Shown here one piece after another: positions 56,665-64,000 of a DNA stretch of 64,000 nucleotides. The translations under genes and the position numbers were made by a program. The notes under the pieces are model-generated. The model saw nothing but the letters and a program-made list of their open reading frames with translations. It did not search any database and was not told where the DNA came from. The DNA comes from Patescibacteria group bacterium. Its GTDB lineage: Bacteria; Patescibacteriota; Patescibacteriia; UBA10025; JAHIVO01. The number at the start of each line of letters is the position of its first letter. Within the stretch, counting starts at the first letter, position 1. The stretch covers positions 137,295 through 201,294 of the forward strand of contig JBAZWB010000001.1 in the NCBI GenBank assembly GCA_041660605.1, read 5' to 3'.

Positions 56665-57576
56665 ATGAAAAAATCGTGCCCGTCATCAGTTAAATATTTT
56701 CGTATACTTTACGTGTTTGTCCCGCTATTAGTATTGATAGCGGGATATTCATTTGCCGAAGCGCAAGTGTCGCGTCAGGTTACGGTCACGGCCACAGTGC
56801 CGGAAAAACCGCCCATAGAAGAGCCGGATACTATTGTAATTTTCCGCGGCATCGCTTACCCCTCATCCACGGTCACTATTAATCAGGACGGTTCGGCTAT
56901 TTCTATTATAACTACCAATACCCAGGCGCAATTTGACGTTTCAGCCAAGGTGGATCCGGGCACTTACACTTTCACCATTATCGGCGTGGATACTGACGGG
57001 GTTGAGGGCAAGGTTTCCAATTTTACTTTGATGCTTTCAGAAGGGACGACTACCACCATCAGCGGGATATTTCTAGGACCGACTATTTCCATTGACGATA
57101 CCGTCATCGGGCCCGGAGAAACCGCCACCCTGGCCGGCACTACGGTGCCTGACAGCGAGGTTAATGTTACCGTCAGCTCGATTGGTACGGCCGCCGCCGC
57201 CGGCGATCCCCAGATTGCCGTGCATATCGCCAGTGCTGATTCAAACGGCCGCTGGCTGCAGCTTTTAAATGCCGACGAAATGGAAGCGGGAGATTATGAA
57301 GCAAAGGCGCAGTCAACAGAACCGCAGAATCATGCGGTTTCTGAATTCAGTAAAATCGTCGGTTTCCAGGTACAGGGGCAGACAGAGCCTGACCAATGCG
57401 CCGGCGCCTTGCCGGGCGATATCAACTGCGATACTTTTGTCAATCTGGTGGATTTCAGTATTTTGCTTTTTTATTGGGACAGCTCCAGCCCGGCTAATCC
57501 GCGGGCCGACATAAATACCGACGGGGTCGTTAATATTATTGATTTTAGCATTATGCTTTTTTACTGGACTGGATAA
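56665..57576 (+). CDS. Secreted Ig-like-domain protein with a C-terminal dockerin (two Ca-binding-loop-like repeats)
   Basis: GDINCDTFVNLVDFSILLFYW and ADINTDGVVNIIDFSIMLFYW form a dockerin type I-like duplicated segment. Confidence 0.7.
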   Translation: MKKSCPSSVKYFRILYVFVPLLVLIAGYSFAEAQVSRQVTVTATVPEKPPIEEPDTIVIFRGIAYPSSTVTINQDGSAISIITTNTQAQFDVSAKVDPGTYTFTIIGVDTDGVEGKVSNFTLMLSEGTTTTISGIFLGPTISIDDTVIGPGETATLAGTTVPDSEVNVTVSSIGTAAAAGDPQIAVHIASADSNGRWLQLLNADEMEAGDYEAKAQSTEPQNHAVSEFSKIVGFQVQGQTEPDQCAGALPGDINCDTFVNLVDFSILLFYWDSSSPANPRADINTDGVVNIIDFSIMLFYWTG

Positions 57577-57580
57577 ATAT

Positions 57581-58711
57581 ATGACCAAAAAAAATATTAA
57601 AATTCTGATTTTTTCCTTAATCTTCATCGGCGCTTTTTTATTGGCCGGACGGGTCAGCGCGGCAACTCTTTCCATCCAGCCGTCGCAGGATGAATACGCC
57701 ATCGGAGAAACATTCATTGTCGAAGTGCATTTAAAAGGAGAAGGGGAAATTGTCAATGCGGTGAAAGCGACCATAACGTATCCCAGTGATTTATTGGAGG
57801 TGACGGAATTATCAAAAGGGGGTTCGTTTTTATCGCTTTGGGCGCAAGAGCCAGCCAATGAATCAAGCGGCGGAGTTATCAGTCTGGCTGGCGGGATACC
57901 GAACGGCAGTTATGTGGTAGATGGCAGAGTGCTGGCTATCACTTTCCGCACCATTGCTCCGGGCGGAGCGGAAATCGCTTTTGACCAGAACCAGACGGGC
58001 GTTTATCTGAATGACGGCCATGGTACGCCGGCAAATTTAACTCTGAAATCAGGCATCTTCAACATTGCCGATCGCACTAACGTGAAAATAACTTCACCGA
58101 CCCATCCTGACGAAGAGGCCTGGTACCAGAATAAAACATTTACGGTAAATTGGAGCCCGAAAGAAGGGGCGAAGTACAGCTACTTACTGACCAATGATCC
58201 TGATAAAGCCCCGGATGAAGTGCAGGAATTCGCCGAGGGCGTAGTAACATTCAAGGATTTGCCGGACGGAATTTCATATTTTATTTTAAATGAGCAACTC
58301 CCGGGAAAATCGTGGCAGATCGTGGGCAAACGGCGGGCGATGGTGGATACTGTCCTGCCCTCGCCGATTGAAACGATTGTCAGCCGGGACAGGACATTGT
58401 ATGATGGGAAATATTTCTTGATTTTTTCTGCCGTGGACAGGACTTCCGGCGTGGATCATTATGACATTATTGAAGATGGAAAGAAATCCAGCCATGCCGT
58501 TTCCCCCTACATTTTATCAGATCAAACAAGGCAGGAAATGATAGAGATTCGCGCTTTTGATAAAGCGGGTAACGTCAGAACCGCGGTTTTGGGGGACAAG
58601 AGGGGGAGCCTAGAGGAAGAGAGGGGTTTCACCATAGCCCTGCTGATGTTTATCGGCGCCTTAATTCTCTTGCTGGTTTTTGTTCTGGTTAGGACCAGGT
58701 CAAAAAAATAA
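57581..58711 (+). CDS. Cohesin-domain surface protein with C-terminal TM anchor (start moved to MTKKNIKIL)
   Basis: N-terminal ATLSIQPSQDEYAIGETFIVEVHLKGEGEIVNAVKATITYPSDLLEVTELSKGGSF is cohesin-like; C-terminal hydrophobic segment plus RTRSKK. Confidence 0.65.
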   Translation: MTKKNIKILIFSLIFIGAFLLAGRVSAATLSIQPSQDEYAIGETFIVEVHLKGEGEIVNAVKATITYPSDLLEVTELSKGGSFLSLWAQEPANESSGGVISLAGGIPNGSYVVDGRVLAITFRTIAPGGAEIAFDQNQTGVYLNDGHGTPANLTLKSGIFNIADRTNVKITSPTHPDEEAWYQNKTFTVNWSPKEGAKYSYLLTNDPDKAPDEVQEFAEGVVTFKDLPDGISYFILNEQLPGKSWQIVGKRRAMVDTVLPSPIETIVSRDRTLYDGKYFLIFSAVDRTSGVDHYDIIEDGKKSSHAVSPYILSDQTRQEMIEIRAFDKAGNVRTAVLGDKRGSLEEERGFTIALLMFIGALILLLVFVLVRTRSKK

Positions 58712-58722
58712 CAGACCAGATT

Positions 58723-61185
58723 ATGAGGAGGTTAATATTAATATTTTTTTTTGCAGCGGCCTTAGTTTTATTTTTGCCTGATTCCGCCTCGGCCGCCTCT
58801 TTATATCTAAGCCCGGCGAGCGCCAGCCATACGGTCGGCGACAGTTTTAACGTTACCGTCGGGGTAAATACCGCCAATGCCGCCATTAATTCCGCCATGG
58901 CGACAGTCTCTTTTACCAATGATTTGCTGGAAGTAACGTCGGTTTCGCAAACGGGAATTTTCAGCCTCTGGCCGGTAACACCGTCGTATTCCAATGGCAG
59001 CGGGACGGTCAGTTTTGCCGGCGGCCTGCCTAATCCCGGTTATAACGGATCTTCGGGAACCATTATATCCATAAGCTTCAAAGCAAAAGCAGTAGGCACG
59101 GCCAGGGCCAGCATCGGTTCGGCCAGTGTCCTGGCTAATGACGGATTTGGTACAAACGTCCTCACTTCTTCCGGCAGCGGTACGTATACGATAACCGCAG
59201 CCGCACAGCCAAAACCCGAGCCCGAGCCGGAACCGCAGCCTGAGCTTAAATTCCCGGATGTCCCGAAAATAACTTCATCAACGCATCCTGAGCAGGTATT
59301 TTGGTATTCTAATAATAATCCGTCATTTACCTGGAATAAGCAGGAGGGGGTGGTCGGCTTCAGTTATGCTTTTGATGATAGCTCAGGCACTGTACCCGAT
59401 AAAAATCGCGATTCAACATCTAATTCCATCAGTTATACCAGCACCGGCGATGGTGTCTGGTATTTTCACGTGCGCGCCCAAAATGCCGATGGCTGGGGAG
59501 ACACCGGGCATTATAAAGTGCAGATAGACACCGCCCCACCGCGGGCTTTTGCCATTGAGCTCTTGGACGGCAAGCGCACCACCGTGACCTCGCCCCGCCT
59601 GTCATTTTCCACTACAGATGATAAGTCAGGAGTGCACCATTACAGTTTATCAATAAATAGCCAGGCGCCAATCAGCATTGATGTCGGCAAGACCACGCCT
59701 TATACTCTGGCAAATCTGGCCGTTGGCGATTATAAAGTGGTCGCTACAGCTTATGACAACGCCAGCAACCAGACACAAGCGACTAATAATTTTACGATTT
59801 ATAAGCCCGAGGAAAAAACTCCGGAGGAGAAGAAAGAAGAAAAGGAAAAGTCCGAGGAAGTTCTGCCGCCGGTCGCAAAAACGCTAAAGAAAATTCAGGA
59901 GGCATTGCCGGCGCCTATCAGAAAAATTACGGAGCAGATCGGCAAAACTGTCCAGCAAATAAAAGAAAATGAAACAGTCAGTAAGACGGTGGACCGGGTC
60001 GTGCAGCCGGTAGTGGCCACTTCCGCGGTGGTAGCTGTCACCGGCCTGGCGGCAACAGCCGGCTCTACCCAGTTTTTCAATTTATTGTATTTATTCTTCC
60101 GTTTCGGCTATTTCTGGCTGGTGCCGATATCTTTCGGCAAAAAAAGGAAAGCCTGGGGCACTGTCTTCGACAGCCTGACCGGCCGGCCGATTTCCCGGGC
60201 AGTGGTGAGAATTTTTTCGCGCGAATTCAATAAGCTGCGTGAAAGCCAGATAACCGACAAGGAAGGCCGTTTCGGCTTTATCGTCGATGAGGGCGTGTAT
60301 TATCTGACCGTCACCCGCCCCGGCTATGTCTTCCCTTCGCACATATTGGAGACCGCGGCCATCAGCCAGTACATTAATATTTATCGGGGCAATACCATTA
60401 GTATTGATGATGGCAATAAGGGCACCTTGGCTTTGAATATCCCCGTTGATCCGAATATGAGGGAAATCAGCAGTGGCCGCGTAAATTGGCTGAAGATAAT
60501 CAGCTTTATTGGAAATCTGCTGGAAAAAATGAACACTCCGCTGTTGATTGGCGGTACGATATTAAGCTGGTTAGCCCTGATTATTGAGCCAAAATTGATA
60601 AATTACCTGCTACTGGGACTGTACGCCGCACTTTTGTTTTTAAGGTACATAACTGCCCGCCATTTAGGCCGTTCTTGGGGCGTGGTCAAGGATAAATATA
60701 CCGGTGCGCCGATCGAACAGGCGGTGGTCCGCATCTACAACGTGAATACCGGCAATCTCTTATGGACGCGCGTGACCAATCAGCAGGGCCAGTTCAATGG
60801 CTTGCTGTCGCCTGGCAGATATTATCTGGTAATAATAAAATACGGCTATCATATGTTCCAGAGCAAACCGGTGAATGTCTCCAGGAAACGCGGTTACATC
60901 AGGTTCACGGCTGAATTAATTTCCAAGAAAGCGCAGCTGCCGCCGGTCAGCGGCAAGGGCGACCAGGATATACACCTGGAATCGATTTCCGTCCCAGGTG
61001 CATACAAGGATAATACGGCACCGCGGCCGGTGCGCGAGGAAAACGTTTTTCAGCCGCCGGTGCCGCGGCGTCCGTCAGCCTCAGGCAAAAATGTTTTTGA
61101 ACCCCCTAAGCCTATAAACGGACTGGGGCAGTCCGGGAATCAAACAGCAGCGCCGAAAAGCCGCCGTTCGGCAAAAAAGAAATAA
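58723..61185 (+). CDS. Large surface protein: cohesin-like domain, shared ITSxTHP domain, Pro/Glu linker, polytopic TM region and two carboxypeptidase-regulatory-like (CarboxypepD_reg) domains
   Basis: SLYLSPASASHTVGDSFNVTVGVNT...ATVSFTNDLLEVTSVSQTG is cohesin-like; GTVFDSLTGRPISRAVVRIF...DKEGRFGF and GVVKDKYTGAPIEQAVVRIYN...NQQGQFNG are CarboxypepD_reg-like. Confidence 0.65.
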   Translation: MRRLILIFFFAAALVLFLPDSASAASLYLSPASASHTVGDSFNVTVGVNTANAAINSAMATVSFTNDLLEVTSVSQTGIFSLWPVTPSYSNGSGTVSFAGGLPNPGYNGSSGTIISISFKAKAVGTARASIGSASVLANDGFGTNVLTSSGSGTYTITAAAQPKPEPEPEPQPELKFPDVPKITSSTHPEQVFWYSNNNPSFTWNKQEGVVGFSYAFDDSSGTVPDKNRDSTSNSISYTSTGDGVWYFHVRAQNADGWGDTGHYKVQIDTAPPRAFAIELLDGKRTTVTSPRLSFSTTDDKSGVHHYSLSINSQAPISIDVGKTTPYTLANLAVGDYKVVATAYDNASNQTQATNNFTIYKPEEKTPEEKKEEKEKSEEVLPPVAKTLKKIQEALPAPIRKITEQIGKTVQQIKENETVSKTVDRVVQPVVATSAVVAVTGLAATAGSTQFFNLLYLFFRFGYFWLVPISFGKKRKAWGTVFDSLTGRPISRAVVRIFSREFNKLRESQITDKEGRFGFIVDEGVYYLTVTRPGYVFPSHILETAAISQYINIYRGNTISIDDGNKGTLALNIPVDPNMREISSGRVNWLKIISFIGNLLEKMNTPLLIGGTILSWLALIIEPKLINYLLLGLYAALLFLRYITARHLGRSWGVVKDKYTGAPIEQAVVRIYNVNTGNLLWTRVTNQQGQFNGLLSPGRYYLVIIKYGYHMFQSKPVNVSRKRGYIRFTAELISKKAQLPPVSGKGDQDIHLESISVPGAYKDNTAPRPVREENVFQPPVPRRPSASGKNVFEPPKPINGLGQSGNQTAAPKSRRSAKKK

Positions 61186-61321
61186 AAATTTCGTTCAGGC
61201 GTATTTAAATACATTATAATGCATAGTGGCAGATTATTTGCCCAAAAATATTGATTTATGTTAAAGTAGCTGTTAGATAAGCCGGTTTTTTGTACTATTT
61301 TAAAATCCCCAATGAACATTT

Positions 61322-62266
61322 ATGGCCATAGAAATGAGAAAAACCCGGATTGTGAATTTATTGAAAAAGTACCGGTTTGGGGCAATAGTCGGTTTTTACC
61401 GGATTAAAAAAGGCTTTGCCAATACAGTAATTGATTTATCAACAACCGCAGGGCGTTATATTTTAAAAATCGCGGAAAGAAACAATCCGGTTCGCGTCAG
61501 ATATGAGGTGGCTTTGCTGAATTTTATCAGGGGATTGCCTACGCCCCGGCCAATCGCCGCCAGTAACGGAAATTTTTTAAATAATTATAATAAAACAAAT
61601 AAAGCGTTTATTTATAAATATTTGCCCGGGCGGTTCGCCGGAGAATTGACTCCTGCGAGATTGAGAGCAGCGGGGATTTTTTTAGGGAAACTGCACAAAC
61701 AGACAAGGCGTTTTCACTCGCCGATCAAGCGGATGGAATTTTATAATATTACTCCGCAAAATTTAAAAGCGACAATTAAGAGGATCCGCCGGGGTCGCCA
61801 TCAGGAGGTAGTTCATCATCTGCCATATCTGGAACAAAACATTTTAAAATACGTTCCTTCAAAGAAGCTGCCCGCTGGCGCCATGCACATTGATTTTAAA
61901 CCGGAAAACGCCCTTTTTACCGGGCAGAAGCTGACTGGCGTAGTTGATTTTGATAACTCCTACAACGGGCCATTAGTGCTGGATTTAGCCAATACTATCA
62001 TGTGGTTTTGTTCGAAAAACGGCCGTTTCAACCTGAAAGCGGCGCTAATAATTTTTCGGTCATATCAGAGCGTCAGGGCATTAAATCAGTCAGAGAAAAG
62101 AAATTTTATTAAAGTTTTGCACTTTGCTTTTTTAAGCCACATATTGGTGGACATGTATCATCTGGCGCTGGGAAAATTGCCGCTGGGATATATCAGATGG
62201 GGAATAAAAAATTTACTGCTGACGGAAAAGGATCTTAAGGTAACCGACAAAGATTTTAAACTATAA
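61322..62266 (+). CDS. Aminoglycoside/choline/homoserine-kinase-type (APH fold) phosphotransferase
   Basis: HIDFKPENALF (catalytic HxDxxxxN) and VVDFDNSY (DFD) motifs. Confidence 0.65.
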   Translation: MAIEMRKTRIVNLLKKYRFGAIVGFYRIKKGFANTVIDLSTTAGRYILKIAERNNPVRVRYEVALLNFIRGLPTPRPIAASNGNFLNNYNKTNKAFIYKYLPGRFAGELTPARLRAAGIFLGKLHKQTRRFHSPIKRMEFYNITPQNLKATIKRIRRGRHQEVVHHLPYLEQNILKYVPSKKLPAGAMHIDFKPENALFTGQKLTGVVDFDNSYNGPLVLDLANTIMWFCSKNGRFNLKAALIIFRSYQSVRALNQSEKRNFIKVLHFAFLSHILVDMYHLALGKLPLGYIRWGIKNLLLTEKDLKVTDKDFKL

Positions 62267-62270
62267 AAAT

Positions 62271-63176
62271 ATGGGATACGCTGAAACGCGCTATAACATT
62301 GAAAGAAATCCCGAAATAAAAGAACAGGAACCGGACGTTCGCGTGCCGCTGGTTGACATTGTCAGGCACGGCGATACCGATTATAAAGAATTGCGTGACC
62401 CTAGTTTCAAATTTGATCCGCAGGCTCTGGATTTTAAACTTGATGCCGAGCACCTGGATTTGAACGAGCAGGGGATTGAAAATATTCTCCAGACTGCAAT
62501 GCAGCTGTGCCAGTCTATTGATAAAGAAAAAGAGGTCGTTATGTTGGTTTCCAGCCCGAATTACAGGGCGCAATCAAGCATCCTGCTTATAGAGAAAATT
62601 TTGCAGGAAAATGGCATCGATGTATTGAATTCTTCGGCAGCCAAGCAGGCAGGGGCAAGTAAAGGCATTAGGTTGGTTGGAAATTTGCGGCAGATTGAGC
62701 AACGAGACTCTAATTTCAATCCGACTTGGAGCGCTGAGGACAAGAAATACCGGGAAGAGGATCCGCAAAGACAGAAAATAAGCGCACGCGAAGCGCACAC
62801 GGAAATTGCCGCCCGACTAGGTAAAACCGTTCCCGAGATTTTTACCAGAGATCATGACCAGCTGGATTTGGATTTTAGAAAGTGGCTGCGCCACATGATA
62901 AACATTGATCAAAATTTTGATGAAAAAACTAAAAAAGTCATTGCTGGCCGGAGAATCAGATTAATCTGCGCGACTCACGAAGAAGTGCCTGAAAAGTTTA
63001 TGCAAGAAGCACTGGGTGTGGAGGGTAATTTAGCAAAAGGCCAGGTAATGGAGATAAACGCACAGAATAAACTATCACCGGGCGAAAAAACGGCAGCGCA
63101 GGTAAGCTTGTTTGAGAAAGGAGAGGCAAGAGGTGCGCAGGGCAAGATTTCCATTTCATATGATAAAAAGGAGTAA
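62271..63176 (+). CDS. Histidine-phosphatase-superfamily-like protein (tentative)
   Basis: N-terminal VPLVDIVRHGDTDY resembles the RHG catalytic motif; otherwise unrecognised. Confidence 0.4.
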   Translation: MGYAETRYNIERNPEIKEQEPDVRVPLVDIVRHGDTDYKELRDPSFKFDPQALDFKLDAEHLDLNEQGIENILQTAMQLCQSIDKEKEVVMLVSSPNYRAQSSILLIEKILQENGIDVLNSSAAKQAGASKGIRLVGNLRQIEQRDSNFNPTWSAEDKKYREEDPQRQKISAREAHTEIAARLGKTVPEIFTRDHDQLDLDFRKWLRHMINIDQNFDEKTKKVIAGRRIRLICATHEEVPEKFMQEALGVEGNLAKGQVMEINAQNKLSPGEKTAAQVSLFEKGEARGAQGKISISYDKKE

Positions 63177-63187
63177 ATTTTTTTAAT

Positions 63188-63435
63188 ATGGCACAAGCCC
63201 CATACCAGAGCTCACCTTTGGCTAGCTCCCATCGGGCCTGAGCCCTCAGGGCCGAAGGCAGGGTCATATGGTACGGGGTTAAAGAGCGGTAAAATGGCTT
63301 TTATACGATTATAAAAAGATTAAGTAAATAGATAAGCAATGGCACAGGATAATATCGACCCCGCACCAAAGCTCCCCTTCGACTCCGCTCCTTCAACAAG
63401 TTCAGGAGCTTCGCTCAGGGTCGCTTGATGCGGGG
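63188..63435 (+). repeat. Two decayed duplicates of the dnaG 5' end (63188-63197, 10 nt; 63339-63358, 20 nt), each fused to a CCCC...GGGG hairpin element (63198-63278; 63359-63435)
   Basis: atggcacaag / atggcacaggataatatcga versus the true start atggcacaagataatatcga at 63493; element 2 contains the CTTCGCTC core. Confidence 0.7.
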
Positions 63436-63492
63436 CTAGGTAGAACAATTATTGGTCTAAGGTTTTTCACAGATATAACAAATTATTATACT

Positions 63493-64000
63493 ATGGCACA
63501 AGATAATATCGAGGAAATTAAATCAAAAATTGATGTCGTTGATTTGATACAGGAGTACATCCAGGTCAAGCCGGCAGGCGCCAACAGTTTCAGGGCGCTC
63601 TGTCCGTTTCACCACGAAAAGACGCCGTCTTTCATGGTTTCACGGGACAAGCAGATCTGGCACTGCTTCGGCTGCGCCGAGGGCGGCGATATTTTCGGCT
63701 TTGTCATGAAGATGGAAGGCCTGGAATTTCCTGAGGCACTGCGCATCCTGGCGAAAAAAGCCGGCGTGCAGCTGAAATACCAGGATCCGGCGCAAAGTAA
63801 CCAAAAAACCAGGCTGATGGAGATCTGCAAATCGGCGGCATTTTTCTTCCATAAAATTTTATTGGATCACCCCAAGGCGGAATTTGTCCGGGAATATTTG
63901 AAGAAAAGAAAAGTACAGGAGCAGACAACGGAAGCCTGGCAGCTTGGCTACGCGCCTGACGCCTGGGAGACGCTCAACACTTATTTGACCGGCAAGGGGT
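63493..64000 (+). CDS. dnaG: DNA primase, N-terminal zinc-binding domain (partial, continues beyond window)
   Basis: CPFHHEKTPSF...WHCFGC zinc-ribbon motif. Confidence 0.85.
   Translation, partial: MAQDNIEEIKSKIDVVDLIQEYIQVKPAGANSFRALCPFHHEKTPSFMVSRDKQIWHCFGCAEGGDIFGFVMKMEGLEFPEALRILAKKAGVQLKYQDPAQSNQKTRLMEICKSAAFFFHKILLDHPKAEFVREYLKKRKVQEQTTEAWQLGYAPDAWETLNTYLTGKG

Overview
This 64 kb window looks like a fragment of a small, AT-leaning bacterial genome with the hallmarks of the Candidate Phyla Radiation (Parcubacteria-like). That assignment is an inference from Parcubacteria-style pilin motifs, cohesin/dockerin modules in a non-cellulolytic context and a giant surface protein. Positions 1-25 kb carry housekeeping genes: the EF-P C-terminus, trpS, RNase J, tRNA-Leu, a peptide-type ABC substrate-binding protein, secG, uvrC, uvrA, an O-antigen-ligase-like membrane protein, groES/groEL with a textbook promoter plus CIRCE operator, and ppsA. 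Positions 25.1-30.4 kb form an accessory island lying between ppsA and tRNA-Ser. It holds a small GIY-YIG nuclease gene and a 772-aa Upf1/DNA2-like SF1 helicase, both embedded in a complex modular family of structured repeats (about 180 bp units, modules in both orientations). A solo copy of that repeat sits upstream of uvrA. Positions 30.9-61.2 kb form a large cell-surface locus. It starts with a membrane protein carrying two pseudopilin-head-like repeats. Next is a 6677-aa beta-helix-like megaprotein with roughly 4 kb super-repeats and an excisionase-type HTH plus a TM helix at its annotated N-terminus. A 355-aa secreted protein shares a C-terminal domain of about 165 aa with the giant protein; the domain ends ...YIATATF and is SCPU/Csu-pilin-like. 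Two paralogous proteins with a signal peptide and a C-terminal TM anchor follow, then a dockerin protein and two cohesin-domain proteins. A second, smaller repeat class is a CCCCG...CGCTTCGCTC...CGGGG hairpin element. It occurs at least four times, each time immediately after a partial duplicate of the 5' end of a neighbouring gene (tRNA-Ser, dnaG twice, and a tRNA-like 3' end). The window ends with an APH-type kinase, a histidine-phosphatase-like protein and the start of dnaG. All functional calls come from motif recognition in the supplied translations. No database searches were run.
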